Source: an uncultured virus (IMG/VR IMGVR_UViG_3300020572_000004)
Taxonomy: Duplodnaviria > Heunggongvirae > Uroviricota > Caudoviricetes
Direction: 5' to 3' (one strand)
Virus record (IMG/VR): IMGVR_UViG_3300020572_000004
DNA: 64,000 nucleotides
Of this stretch, positions 1 to 9,249 are shown piece after piece. The position numbers and the translations under genes were made by a program. Below the pieces are notes generated by a model. It was not told the origin of the DNA, ran no database searches, and saw only the letters and a list, made by a program, of their open reading frames with translations. Within the stretch, counting starts at the first letter, position 1; each line of letters opens with the position of its first letter.

Positions 1-237
1 TTTGTAAAGGTTTTTAATATCGCTAGTCTCATTTTCAAAATCAGCAACATTCTTCTTATGGTATAGTCGCGCAACTTTACGAATTAGCGGTTTACCAATA
101 TCAAATGCTTCGGCGGCTGCACCGATGATTTCTTTAATCTGATCACGGCTGTCGTCCATCTTGGACAATTCGATACCAATCTCTTTAATGACATTAAGCA
201 TGTCAAGCTTTTGTTGTTCGTCTTCAATATCAATCAT
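1..237 (-). CDS. dsbA: T4 DsbA-like dsDNA-binding protein (3' end runs off window)
   Basis: Not in ORF track; manual translation from ATG at 237: MIDIEDEQQKLDMLNVIKEIGIELSKMDDSRDQIKEIIGAAAEAFDIGKPLIRKVARLYHKKNVADFENETSDIKNLYK. The 'IKEI..A.E.F.I.K.LIRK.ARLYHK.....F' pattern resembles T4 DsbA. Confidence 0.7.
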   Translation of the reverse strand, partial: MIDIEDEQQKLDMLNVIKEIGIELSKMDDSRDQIKEIIGAAAEAFDIGKPLIRKVARLYHKKNVADFENETSDIKNLYK

Positions 238-559
238 ATTCTGGTGTGTCGGTGTTGGGGTTTGACCGTACATGGTCTTGTATGCTTTCGATGACTGGTG
301 CGGCAGGAGTTATCGTTTGTGGAGTATCGGTAAAATATCCATACACACAAAAGCTAACCACTGCCCAAAAAGCAAGTGAATATAGAACAGTCATGACGGG
401 ACTGCTAGCGCGACGTTTGGTTTGTGCAACCATTGTCCATTGGCCTCCCTTAGACGATGGATTCATATATTGAATCCAAAGAATAATTCTGCCAGGAAGC
501 GTGAACAACTCAAAAAGGCATCCACCCTTTGCAGTCCCGTCAAGTCTGTCTTTATTCAT
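230..559 (-). CDS. hypothetical membrane protein
   Basis: ORF 230..595; ATG at 559 (MNKDRL) directly follows the upstream stop at 561; hydrophobic segment VLYSLAFWAVVSFCVYGYF. Confidence 0.55.
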   Translation of the reverse strand: MNKDRLDGTAKGGCLFELFTLPGRIILWIQYMNPSSKGGQWTMVAQTKRRASSPVMTVLYSLAFWAVVSFCVYGYFTDTPQTITPAAPVIESIQDHVRSNPNTDTPEYD

Positions 560-560
560 A

Positions 561-851
561 TTAGTCTTTGTTAGCGGCTGCACCAGCAAAATCAAAGTTC
601 AATTGATTTTCTGGAATCTCTGCGACAGCACTAGTATTGGTAGTCTCTGCAGCATTGGTTTCTTCGGGAGCGGCCTCAGGAAGGAATCCCTTAAGCTTTT
701 CAAATAAACCGCCAACGACGGTAAATTCAGCGGCTTCAAATGCACCACGGCGTGATACGGTAGCAATGATATTGACAATAAGTGCAATGTCATCAATAGT
801 AATTTGTTGCGGTGCGGCTTCAGTTTGTGTTTGTTCGTTTTCGTTACTCAT
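561..851 (-). CDS. hypothetical protein
   Basis: 96 aa ORF packed directly downstream of gp45; core IDDIALIVNIIATVSRRGAFEAAEFTVVGGLFEKL. Confidence 0.7.
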   Translation of the reverse strand: MSNENEQTQTEAAPQQITIDDIALIVNIIATVSRRGAFEAAEFTVVGGLFEKLKGFLPEAAPEETNAAETTNTSAVAEIPENQLNFDFAGAAANKD

Positions 852-859
852 AGGATTGT

Positions 860-1534
860 TTATGCGTTATAGCTGCTTGTCTTTTCAAGAGCAATGTAGT
901 AATTGATTGGCGCAGCGTTGTTGATCCAATGACTGATCAGCTTGCTGCTAATCTTAACTTCATAATCGCCTGGGATTACTTTAAGATTGGCAATAAGGAA
1001 TTGAAGATCAAAGTTATTTTTATTGTCGTTAGCGTCATCAAGAACAACCGTAAAGCTGTTGGCCGTACTGTTCTTTGGATCAATTACGCTAAGTGTAATA
1101 ACTCCAGCTTCTCCGCCAATGCTTACGATGGTATGACCAAGGACGCCTGCAGCTTTACGAATCTGTCCAAGCAGGTCGCTATCAATATTTACAATCACAT
1201 CTGCTGAAGGCATAGTGATTTTACTTTTGGGAGTGGTCAGAATGCTTTGATCCGCAAAGCGATAACTTGCTTTGGTGCGGCCACTCTTGAACACAACACT
1301 GTCTGCTGTGAAATCAAGGTCAGGATCACTCATCAATGAAAACATACTAATGAATTCATTAAGATCATAGATACCAAATGTGGTTTCAAACAGTTCAGTA
1401 ATTTCAGCGCTAGCCATAATGTTTTTAGCTTCTGAAATGGTTGAGAGTGCTTCTCCGCTTTTGACAATCAGGTTACTGTTGATTGATGCGAAGTTTTTTA
1501 GAATCTCGAGGGTTTGTGTAGATAGTTTTGTCAT
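860..1534 (-). CDS. gp45: DNA polymerase sliding clamp
   Basis: KLSTQTLEILKNFASINSNL...FGIYDLNEF...NLKVIPGDYEV...YYIALE matches T4-type gp45. Confidence 0.95.
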   Translation of the reverse strand: MTKLSTQTLEILKNFASINSNLIVKSGEALSTISEAKNIMASAEITELFETTFGIYDLNEFISMFSLMSDPDLDFTADSVVFKSGRTKASYRFADQSILTTPKSKITMPSADVIVNIDSDLLGQIRKAAGVLGHTIVSIGGEAGVITLSVIDPKNSTANSFTVVLDDANDNKNNFDLQFLIANLKVIPGDYEVKISSKLISHWINNAAPINYYIALEKTSSYNA

Positions 1535-1541
1535 ATAGTTA

Positions 1542-1570
1542 ATTATATACGGTTATGTTTAAAATGCAAA
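1542..1570 (-). promoter_or_regulatory. early-type (sigma70-like) promoter of gp45
   Basis: Minus strand TTTGCA-17 nt-TATAAT, 7 nt before the ATG. Confidence 0.65.
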
Positions 1571-1575
1571 TCTTT

Positions 1576-1899
1576 TTATTGTTTTTCTTTAGAGATGAAG
1601 TCCAATTCATAGTAGAATAGCATGCAGCAAACCGCATGTGCGGCGTGATGCAATCCGCTTTCACGATCATATGTTTCATCTTTCTTTAGTGCCCACATGT
1701 GTCGCTGTGCAGCTGCAAAGTAACGATTCTTTGCATCATGCAGAAGCTTCCAGTTGTCTACCGAATACTTGGCTGCACCAAAGGTAAGAACCATGACAGC
1801 TTCTTCCAATGCATGCGGTGGAATCAAACCATAATCAGGCTTATCGCCATCATATTTGACACCAACTGGGACGGGATTTGAGAAAGAGTGTGATATCAT
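1576..1899 (-). CDS. dATP/dGTP diphosphohydrolase-domain protein (DUF5664-like)
   Basis: GVKYDGDKPDYGLIP...VLTFGAAKYSVDNWK...AAAQRH...DRESGLHHAAHA. Start moved to ATG 1899 because a terminator hairpin occupies 1911-1945. Confidence 0.8.
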   Translation of the reverse strand: MISHSFSNPVPVGVKYDGDKPDYGLIPPHALEEAVMVLTFGAAKYSVDNWKLLHDAKNRYFAAAQRHMWALKKDETYDRESGLHHAAHAVCCMLFYYELDFISKEKQ

Positions 1900-1900
1900 A

Positions 1901-1945
1901 AAAGAAGTAAATGCAGGGGTATAGCGAAACACCATACCCCTGCAT
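1901..1945 (-). terminator. rho-independent terminator
   Basis: 12-bp inverted repeat atgcaggggtat (1911-1922) / atacccctgcat (1934-1945), followed on the minus strand by TTACTTCTTT. Confidence 0.8.
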
Positions 1946-1953
1946 ATTAGCAA

Positions 1954-2208
1954 TTAGCCGTTCTTACGTGCGGTACCCAAGCGATAGCGCTTAACGAGTT
2001 CGCCAGTGCGAGTCTTACGTGGGTTGAGGTAAACTGGATAACCCAATTCGCGCAATTGATTGACAACGCGAGCAGGGTCAGCAATACCGGCAGCACGTGC
2101 GTCTGCAACGGTAAACTCATGACCTGCTTCAAGGACCGCATAGATAGCCTCCTTTTGAGTCATGCGGGTTGCAATGCGGGCGAATTGTTGGATCTCTTTC
2201 TTAGTCAT
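1954..2208 (-). CDS. small basic winged-HTH nucleic-acid-binding protein
   Basis: TQKEAIYAVLEAGHEFTVADAR...PARVVNQLRELGYPVY...KRYRLG fits a wHTH pattern. Confidence 0.65.
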   Translation of the reverse strand: MTKKEIQQFARIATRMTQKEAIYAVLEAGHEFTVADARAAGIADPARVVNQLRELGYPVYLNPRKTRTGELVKRYRLGTARKNG

Positions 2209-2278
2209 ATTTTGTTTGTGTTTGTGTTTTGGTTTGGTCTAATGTTTACTTGGTTTAGCGTAAGACCATTGCTAAAAT

Positions 2279-3487
2279 TTAGAAAGGAACTTTTTCTGCA
2301 GCGACAGCGGATGCAGTAAGCGGCTCAGCTGGAGCAGTGATTTGATTGCTGTCAATCTTAGTGTAAAGATCGAGGAATGCTTCACGCGTTTCGTTTTCAA
2401 AGCGAGCAATGCAAAGACTGATGGCCTCAAGGCGGTTGCGGAAGATGCTGTATGCCTTGACAATGTGGCACAGACGGCGAGTACTGATAAGTTCGTCAAC
2501 GCCTTCGTCAGCGTAGGTTTTGCGGATAACCGCACTCCAGCTTACAAGCTTGTCAACAAATTCTTCGTCTGCAACGTCAAGCGCTTCCATGTGTTTGGCA
2601 ACAATGTTGCGCTCAATCTTGAATGCAGGATAAGGCTGATCAATGGTTGCCACGAAGCGTTCAATGAACGCTTCATCAATCACATTGGCAGCGCTATAGC
2701 GGCCGTCTTCACTGCCGCGGCCTTTGGTATTGGCAGTTGCAATCACGTTGAAACCTGCGGCTGGATGAATGATTTGGCCAATCTTTTTAACAAGAACAGG
2801 CTTGCCTTCAAGAACGCCTTGCAGGCACATAATCTTGTTGCTGCCACGGTCGAGTTCGTCAATCATCAAAATGCAGCCTCGTTCCATTGCCTTGATAACT
2901 GGTCCTTTATGGAAAACCGTTTCGCCGTTGATCAAGCGGAAGCCGCCAATAAGATCGTCTTCGTCAGTCTCTGGGCTGATTTGCACGCGGATGTATTCCT
3001 TCTTAAGCTTGGCGCAGGCTTGTTCGACCATCATGGTTTTGCCGTTGCCGCTCATGCCACTGATGTATAGTGGGAAAAACATGCCGCTCTCAATCACCTT
3101 CTTGACAGTCTTATATTCACCCCATTGCACAAAGGTATGGTCGACAGAAGGAATGTAAATGTCGTCATTGCTGATGCTGGTCAGCTTTGGCTGAGGCTGA
3201 GGCTTAGGAGTAGTCAGATTGAACACTGGAGCAGCTGCTGCTGGAGCGGCTGGCGTAGCAGGCTCACACATGGCATCGGTTGGTTTGGAGGCCAACACAG
3301 TAAGGTTATACAAGCCGCGCTTGACGGTACTCTTGTACTTATCGCACATCATATTGTCTTTGACTTGCTTGTAAGTCAGCCCCTGCTCACGGCCGACTTT
3401 ATACAGCTGAGCGCTGCTTACTTCCGTGATCGGGCCTGCGCCGAACAGCGCGTTGAGAGTGTTTTGGATCTTGGTTTGTGTATTCAT
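2279..3487 (-). CDS. MoxR/CobS/NirQ-type AAA+ ATPase
   Basis: Walker A GMSGNGKT, TDEDDLIGG, Walker B LMIDELD, FNVIATANTKGRG, AFIERF, ISTRRL. Confidence 0.9.
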   Translation of the reverse strand: MNTQTKIQNTLNALFGAGPITEVSSAQLYKVGREQGLTYKQVKDNMMCDKYKSTVKRGLYNLTVLASKPTDAMCEPATPAAPAAAAPVFNLTTPKPQPQPKLTSISNDDIYIPSVDHTFVQWGEYKTVKKVIESGMFFPLYISGMSGNGKTMMVEQACAKLKKEYIRVQISPETDEDDLIGGFRLINGETVFHKGPVIKAMERGCILMIDELDRGSNKIMCLQGVLEGKPVLVKKIGQIIHPAAGFNVIATANTKGRGSEDGRYSAANVIDEAFIERFVATIDQPYPAFKIERNIVAKHMEALDVADEEFVDKLVSWSAVIRKTYADEGVDELISTRRLCHIVKAYSIFRNRLEAISLCIARFENETREAFLDLYTKIDSNQITAPAEPLTASAVAAEKVPF

Positions 3488-3517
3488 AATGTAGTGGTTG
3501 TCAATTGGTACGAGATT

Positions 3518-3546
3518 ATTATAAACTAAATTCTTAGACTTGTAAA
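3518..3546 (-). promoter_or_regulatory. early-type promoter
   Basis: TTTACA-17-TATAAT upstream of the AAA ATPase. Confidence 0.8.
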
Positions 3547-3549
3547 GGA

Positions 3550-3741
3550 CTAAATGCGGTTAATAAGATTTCCACTGTTCTGAAGATATTCCAAATAAGC
3601 TTTAACCTGTGAAAGAGATTTAAATGTAGTAGAGACGGCCAACCAAGCCCCACCGCTTGTGCCGGTGTTGGCATTGCGTTTGTAGATTTGGACGCCGAGG
3701 TAGCTAGAATGCTTGGTGTATTTTGGAGTGAGAGTAATCAT
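3550..3741 (-). CDS. hypothetical 63 aa early protein
   Basis: Has its own promoter, and its leader AACCACTACATTATG is identical to that of the AAA ATPase gene. Confidence 0.65.
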   Translation of the reverse strand: MITLTPKYTKHSSYLGVQIYKRNANTGTSGGAWLAVSTTFKSLSQVKAYLEYLQNSGNLINRI

Positions 3742-3767
3742 AATGTAGTGGTTTGCCTTACAGAATT

Positions 3768-3796
3768 ATTATACACTAGATTTTGTGACTTGTAAA
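3768..3796 (-). promoter_or_regulatory. early-type promoter (near copy of 3518-3546)
   Basis: TTTACA-17-TATAAT, 250 nt from the other copy. Confidence 0.8.
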
Positions 3797-3857
3797 GGAC
3801 AAAATGAAGAATTTTTTCAGTTTTTTCTTACCATTGACAGTCAACCAGTTACGTGAA

Positions 3858-6221
3858 TTAGGCAATAATCTCTGCAAACTTGTTGAGGAATACGCGGGAC
3901 AGCTTCTTCTCGCTGGTGAATTTGGTGAATTGCTTAGCAAGGCGGTTCTGAGAAGATGCATCAGAGAAGCTTTCACTAACAACACTGCTGACAAATTCCT
4001 CGTCATCATCGTTAATGTCCAATCCGTTTTTACTATCAAAAACAAAATATGCATCATAGTTATATCCGCCTAAAATCATCATGCACTTTTCTTTGCGTGC
4101 TTCACGACTTTTCTTTTGGAACAATTCATTGGCGCTGCGCCATGGCAAGATCTCGCCATCTTTCTTTGCGGTATAGCGCAATGCAGTGATTGCAGTGCTT
4201 TTGTAGTCGCTGCGGTAATTGGCAACAAAAAATCCAATCACGGTGGTTCCACAGGTTATTCTGAGATTTTCAATCAGAGCGGCATACAATCCTTTATCAT
4301 AGCTGCGGAACATAATGTTGCGGCCGTTTACTGGAATCATGTTACCGCATTTCCATTCCGGAACGGTAGAAGCTTTACGGTATGTCTCATCGGCATTGTT
4401 GTAGTCAAAGTGAGCTTGGCATGCATCGCCATCAGTAAGGAAAATGGTATTCATCTTTTGTACATGATGGCGTGCCTTAAAGCGTTTCACAATTTCATGT
4501 GCAACAACAATTGTCTCGTTTAGGGGAGTGCCATTCATTACCTCATACTTGTTATTGCTGAAAGGCATACTGCCGTTTCCACCATGGCTGTCGGCATGCA
4601 AATAAGCCTGAGCTTTAAGTTCTTTGCATGCCAATTCAAACTTGTCACGCTTCATGGTGCTGTTGACCAATTCAAAAATGTGAGTATAGCGAAATGCAAT
4701 ATTGCTGCCAAACTTAAGATTAGGATCTGTCTCATGCTTATAATTGACTGGGCTGGTGAAGCCGTAAACTTCAAACGGAATACCTACTGCTTTGCAGAAG
4801 TACACCAGTTGCAGAGTCTGAACAATCACGCGTCCAATAGTATTGGACATGCTTCCAGAATAGTCGATGAAAAACACCATGCCATGGTTTTTAGCATCGG
4901 CCAGTTTGGTAATGCTACAGAAGATTTGATCTTCAAACTTATAGGCATGCAGGCGGTTCACGTCAATTGTACCTGTAGTACTTTGCTGTGCTCGGCTATA
5001 TTGGAATGCAGCTTTACGACGTTCAAATTCTTTGACCAACACGCTGATGTGCTTTTTAGTTGCAGACTTAAAGTCTTTCCAATCTTCTTGAACACCCGCG
5101 GCTGACATAAGCGCCACATAGCTGGTGCAGCGATGGCGTTCAGCCATAATTTCCTCAACGGGAATTACACACTTCATCATTTCCGCGGCATTAGGAGCAT
5201 TGCCAACAAGATAATCTGTAACAGTCTCTTGCATGTCATGCAGTTGCTCACCAAATGATTGCATGGTCTTGCTGGTCAATTCATCTTGAGCATTGCCATA
5301 GCCCGGCATGTTGTCAGGCACACTTTCTCCTTCGCCATCTTTATCAGCCTCGGCATTGCGGTCTTTCTTTTTAGAGTTTGCTTTTCTCTCATCGCTTTTG
5401 CCTTTTTTGTCTGAGGTTGAATCGGCCTTGTCAGAGGTTTTGCCGCCATCATCTTTGCTGTCACGATAAGTTTCTGTTCCGCCGTCTTTTTCATTGTCGG
5501 AATCTGATTGGTCTCCGTCGGTGCCATTCTCACCTTTACCAGCGTCATCGCTTTTTTGTTTGCTTTCCTTGCCGCGAGGAGTGGTTGGAGAATTTTCATC
5601 GGGGGTGTCTGGAGTTTTAGTTTCCGCCTCCTCCTCCTCCTCCTCCTCACGCTTTTCGATGCTGACCATTTCATATACGGTCTTGCAAATATCAAGTACT
5701 TCATCATAAGTTTCTGCTGCGCGGCATCGTGCATATACTGCTTCTTCAAGGTCATTCATTGGCACTTGCAGTTGAGTGCCAATTTTAGCGCGGATGTTTA
5801 AGCGGTCCGCAAAACCCAGTGTGCTCAAGTCAGTACCGTTAATTTTGAAAAAGTCTTTCTCAATAAAGTGTCGGTATCCTTCTTTGAAGCTATACACAAG
5901 GCCTGGGTAATTGTTCTGAATAAGCCGCTCAATGCGAACATCTTCTACAATGTTGCCAATATCAAATGGAACTCCTGGGAGTGCTTCATGAAAGCGGGCG
6001 ATTGCATCAGCTGGAGTATATAGCGCATGGCCAACTTCATGGCCGACCAGCAGGTCACTTACTTGCTTATTGTCAGCATTCCACATGGGCAATCCCAATA
6101 CACGTCGTTCGACATCAAAAAATGCAGTGCTGTAATTTCCAACACGAACATTAATGTTTTCTTTCGCTAGCAGCTTTGCTAGCATTTTCTGAGATTCGCG
6201 ATTTACAGTGGCGGCTTGCAT
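3858..6221 (-). CDS. CobT-like VWA-domain protein with N-terminal HExxH metallopeptidase-like region
   Basis: GHEVGHALYT...NIVEDVRIE; acidic/low-complexity linker; MIDAS FIDYSGSM, GTPL, FLTDGD. Confidence 0.85.
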   Translation of the reverse strand: MQAATVNRESQKMLAKLLAKENINVRVGNYSTAFFDVERRVLGLPMWNADNKQVSDLLVGHEVGHALYTPADAIARFHEALPGVPFDIGNIVEDVRIERLIQNNYPGLVYSFKEGYRHFIEKDFFKINGTDLSTLGFADRLNIRAKIGTQLQVPMNDLEEAVYARCRAAETYDEVLDICKTVYEMVSIEKREEEEEEEAETKTPDTPDENSPTTPRGKESKQKSDDAGKGENGTDGDQSDSDNEKDGGTETYRDSKDDGGKTSDKADSTSDKKGKSDERKANSKKKDRNAEADKDGEGESVPDNMPGYGNAQDELTSKTMQSFGEQLHDMQETVTDYLVGNAPNAAEMMKCVIPVEEIMAERHRCTSYVALMSAAGVQEDWKDFKSATKKHISVLVKEFERRKAAFQYSRAQQSTTGTIDVNRLHAYKFEDQIFCSITKLADAKNHGMVFFIDYSGSMSNTIGRVIVQTLQLVYFCKAVGIPFEVYGFTSPVNYKHETDPNLKFGSNIAFRYTHIFELVNSTMKRDKFELACKELKAQAYLHADSHGGNGSMPFSNNKYEVMNGTPLNETIVVAHEIVKRFKARHHVQKMNTIFLTDGDACQAHFDYNNADETYRKASTVPEWKCGNMIPVNGRNIMFRSYDKGLYAALIENLRITCGTTVIGFFVANYRSDYKSTAITALRYTAKKDGEILPWRSANELFQKKSREARKEKCMMILGGYNYDAYFVFDSKNGLDINDDDEEFVSSVVSESFSDASSQNRLAKQFTKFTSEKKLSRVFLNKFAEIIA

Positions 6222-6227
6222 ACAGTT

Positions 6228-6256
6228 ATTCTAACAGGTTTTTTCCGATCTGTAAA
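6228..6256 (-). promoter_or_regulatory. early-type promoter
   Basis: TTTACA-17-TAGAAT, 6 nt before the ATG at 6221. Confidence 0.75.
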
Positions 6257-6386
6257 TAGAAAAATGCTGATTATGTGAAAAAAGTTTTACAGTGACAGCA
6301 AAACCATTGATTTTCAACACTTTACGGCAAACCATGCTTTTTGGGCATTTTAACCATGTTGGATGGGTATTCTACCGTTAAAATGC

Positions 6387-6425
6387 AGAAATGCCCATTT
6401 TGCTCTAAAACGGGCAAAATGGGCA
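6387..6425 (-). terminator. terminator-like hairpin after gp46
   Basis: 12-bp stem tgcccattttgc (6392-6403) / gcaaaatgggca (6414-6425) followed by TTTCT on the minus strand. Confidence 0.6.
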
Positions 6426-6450
6426 CTGTAACCTTTTGATTTGTAATAGG

Positions 6451-8172
6451 TTACGAAATGCTTTTTATGCGAGTAAAGTTTTTATGCTTTTCAAACTCAA
6501 TCTTCTGTTCGAACTTTCCTTCCAGCAAATCTTGTTTGTGGCTAATGACAAATACGGTTGTATCAGAGTCAAGAGTATTCATAATCTTCAATAGATTGTC
6601 AATACCGTCTGGATCCAAGCTGCTATCAAATACCTCATCAAGAATAAGAAGATTGGTATTGCAACTATTTTGCATCTTTGCAATTTGTCGCCATGTAAAT
6701 AAGATAGCTAAATTTATGCGGCTCTTTTCGCCTTCACTAAAGCTAGCATAACTAAAGTCATCGCGATGGCGACTGCGGATGGTTTCATTAAAGCTTTCGT
6801 CAAGATTAAAACTCACAAAGAAGTCAAGTACTTGTAGGTATTGGTTAATGAGCTTGTTCATAACTGGCAAGTATTGCCGTATAACCTTTGTCTTGATGCC
6901 TGTATCCTTAAGAAGTTCGCCAATTACTTCATTGTAGGTGCGCTCTTCAAGTTGTGTGCTTTTATGATCGCCTAGAATATCACGGCTATCTTTAAGAGTA
7001 TCAAGTTCAGCTGTTGCACCATCAATATCAATATCACTGTGCTGCTCGTTTTTAACAGCAAGCAATGAAGATATACGCTGCTCAAAGTTGCTGATTAGTT
7101 TAAGGTTGCTGTGAATGGTGCTGTTAAGGCTATTAAGATGTTGCAGTGTCTTTTCGGTTTGTGCAAGAGCTGCAACAGTTTCGTCCAAGCTAATCTGCAG
7201 CCGTTCATAGCCTTCGTTCAATTTGTGTGCTTTACTTTTACATTGCCCAATCTTATGGTCTCGCATGCCTTCATCAATAGCTTGACTGCATGTTGGGCAA
7301 TCAGCATTGGTCTCATAGAACTTTGATTCTGATACAATCTTTTTGATGTTGTCTTTAATTTGTCTTTCATAAGACAATAGACTTGCTTTTGTTTTCTGGT
7401 CGCGTTCGCTTTTGGTTTTGGCCTTGCCAAACTCTGTGCCATACTCTTCAGCAAGCGCAGCATTGGCTTCAACTAATGTTGCAATGTGATTGCTCAATTC
7501 GGTGATTTCTTCATCATACTTAGCGGCATTGCTAGCGTTGATGTTTTTAAGATTGCTAATGTGTTTGCTTTGCAGCACAATCTTTTCTTTGGTCAAATTG
7601 TATTGATATTCAGTATCTTTAATTGTATCCTTTAGCTTCGCTTGATTTTCTTTAAGCACAACATTCATTTTGCTAAAGATACCAATATCTAGCAAGTCTT
7701 CAATAACCTCACGTCGAGCATACGTACTAAGCTGCATGAATGGTGTAAAGTTACTGCTGCCCAATACCACAACTTGATGGAAGCTTTTGTGATTCAATTT
7801 GAGAATGTTTGTCTCAAGTAGCTTTTGATAATCACGGCTGTGGCTTTCCTGATTTACTAGATTGCCATTCAACCAAATTTCAAATATGTTGGGTTTGAGA
7901 CCACGCACAATCTTATATTCACTTGGCCCAATATTGAATTCAACTTCAACCTTGCAGCCTTTGCCATTGATGCTGTTGACAAGTTGAGGTTTGTTGATAC
8001 TACGATGCGGTTTGCCAAACAAGACAAAGCTTAGTGCATCCAGCATTAGACTCTTGCCGCTGCCATTGTGGCCTACAATAAGTGTAGAGCGAATGCTGTC
8101 AAGGTCAATTTCAATTTCATTGTCTCCTACGCTAAGGAAATTTTTATATTTTAGTTTACGGAAAATAATCAT
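6451..8172 (-). CDS. gp46: recombination endonuclease subunit (Rad50/SbcC-like)
   Basis: YKNFLSVG, GHNGSGKS, CPTC zinc hook, FSEGEK, LILDEVFD, FVISH. Confidence 0.95.
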   Translation of the reverse strand: MIIFRKLKYKNFLSVGDNEIEIDLDSIRSTLIVGHNGSGKSLMLDALSFVLFGKPHRSINKPQLVNSINGKGCKVEVEFNIGPSEYKIVRGLKPNIFEIWLNGNLVNQESHSRDYQKLLETNILKLNHKSFHQVVVLGSSNFTPFMQLSTYARREVIEDLLDIGIFSKMNVVLKENQAKLKDTIKDTEYQYNLTKEKIVLQSKHISNLKNINASNAAKYDEEITELSNHIATLVEANAALAEEYGTEFGKAKTKSERDQKTKASLLSYERQIKDNIKKIVSESKFYETNADCPTCSQAIDEGMRDHKIGQCKSKAHKLNEGYERLQISLDETVAALAQTEKTLQHLNSLNSTIHSNLKLISNFEQRISSLLAVKNEQHSDIDIDGATAELDTLKDSRDILGDHKSTQLEERTYNEVIGELLKDTGIKTKVIRQYLPVMNKLINQYLQVLDFFVSFNLDESFNETIRSRHRDDFSYASFSEGEKSRINLAILFTWRQIAKMQNSCNTNLLILDEVFDSSLDPDGIDNLLKIMNTLDSDTTVFVISHKQDLLEGKFEQKIEFEKHKNFTRIKSIS

Positions 8173-9248
8173 AATGCATCGGCGTTTTGCGCTTCAATAT
8201 AGAGTTCTTGCAATTTGGTTTTGATGCGGCCTTTATCCAATTCAGTTTCAACTGCATCGACATAAGTATTTAATAGTGTGCTAGTATCGCTGACATTTAC
8301 TTCTTCATCGAGAACGTTCTCGCTATTATACTCTGCAAAATTTTCAACAATCTTTAGGTCAAATGGTTCTTGAGCGCTGATACGATCGATGTACTTGTCA
8401 AAAGCAAATGGATCTTTCTTTGCAGCAACAATTACTTTAATAAAGGTTCCATTTACTGCGCTAAAATCCATTCTGTTGATTGCCTCAACCGGTGCATCAT
8501 ATGGTGTATCATCATATACCAGTTTTTTAAACATACACAGGGCATTGCGGATTGGCAACAGCTCGCGTGTTTCAGTGTCAATCACATGCCAATACTTGGG
8601 GTCATTGCAATCTGCCCAGGTGTGTTCAAAGGCAACTCCTAAGTAATGAATATTATCGCGTTGACTCTTGGTATGATAGTGCCCACTCATTACTGTTTCA
8701 TAGCGCCCAAACAATGAAGCATCCATACCATGACTGGTAGCCGGTGCGCCTTTCATCATTTCAAATCCACTCAACTCAAGGTGACTACCAAGCCATGCCG
8801 CCGGTGCGCTCTCAATGAAGCGAATACTCTCTGCATAATTTTCTGAATTGATCCAAGGCAACAGCGCAATGTCCAATGAGCCATACGAAACAACCGTAGG
8901 CTCCATATGAACAGTAACCACTTCAGAGTACTTGCCTAATACTTCATTGAGGCTGCATAGATTGTTGGTATTTTTAAAAAACACATCATGATTGCCTGGG
9001 ATAATATCCATATGCATATCATATTCATACAGCTTATCAATAAACATAGCACGATTGCGATTCAACACTTTATAGTTGATATAGCGTCGATGATCAAAAT
9101 AGTCTCCAAGATGAAGTATCTTTTTAATGTTGTGCCTTAGGCAATACGGGAAAAATACTTCGCTATAGAATCGCTCAGCATAGTCAAGAAATATATCACT
9201 GCCGGTTTTTATGCCAGCATGGGTATCCGTGAGAACTGCAATTTTCAT
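8169..9248 (-). CDS. gp47: recombination endonuclease subunit (Mre11/SbcD-like)
   Basis: TDTHAG, HLGDYFD, PGNHD, SGHYH metallophosphoesterase motifs; adjacent to gp46. Confidence 0.95.
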   Translation of the reverse strand: MKIAVLTDTHAGIKTGSDIFLDYAERFYSEVFFPYCLRHNIKKILHLGDYFDHRRYINYKVLNRNRAMFIDKLYEYDMHMDIIPGNHDVFFKNTNNLCSLNEVLGKYSEVVTVHMEPTVVSYGSLDIALLPWINSENYAESIRFIESAPAAWLGSHLELSGFEMMKGAPATSHGMDASLFGRYETVMSGHYHTKSQRDNIHYLGVAFEHTWADCNDPKYWHVIDTETRELLPIRNALCMFKKLVYDDTPYDAPVEAINRMDFSAVNGTFIKVIVAAKKDPFAFDKYIDRISAQEPFDLKIVENFAEYNSENVLDEEVNVSDTSTLLNTYVDAVETELDKGRIKTKLQELYIEAQNADAL

Positions 9249-9249
9249 A

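Noticed and set aside
1576..1899. Evidence for a 2-aminoadenine (Z) genome
   Set aside because: The domain is widespread in phages and no purZ is visible in the window.
2279..6221. cobS/cobT as a cobalamin auxiliary metabolic gene pair
   Set aside because: No cobN or other B12 genes here; the generic MoxR/VWA assignment suffices.
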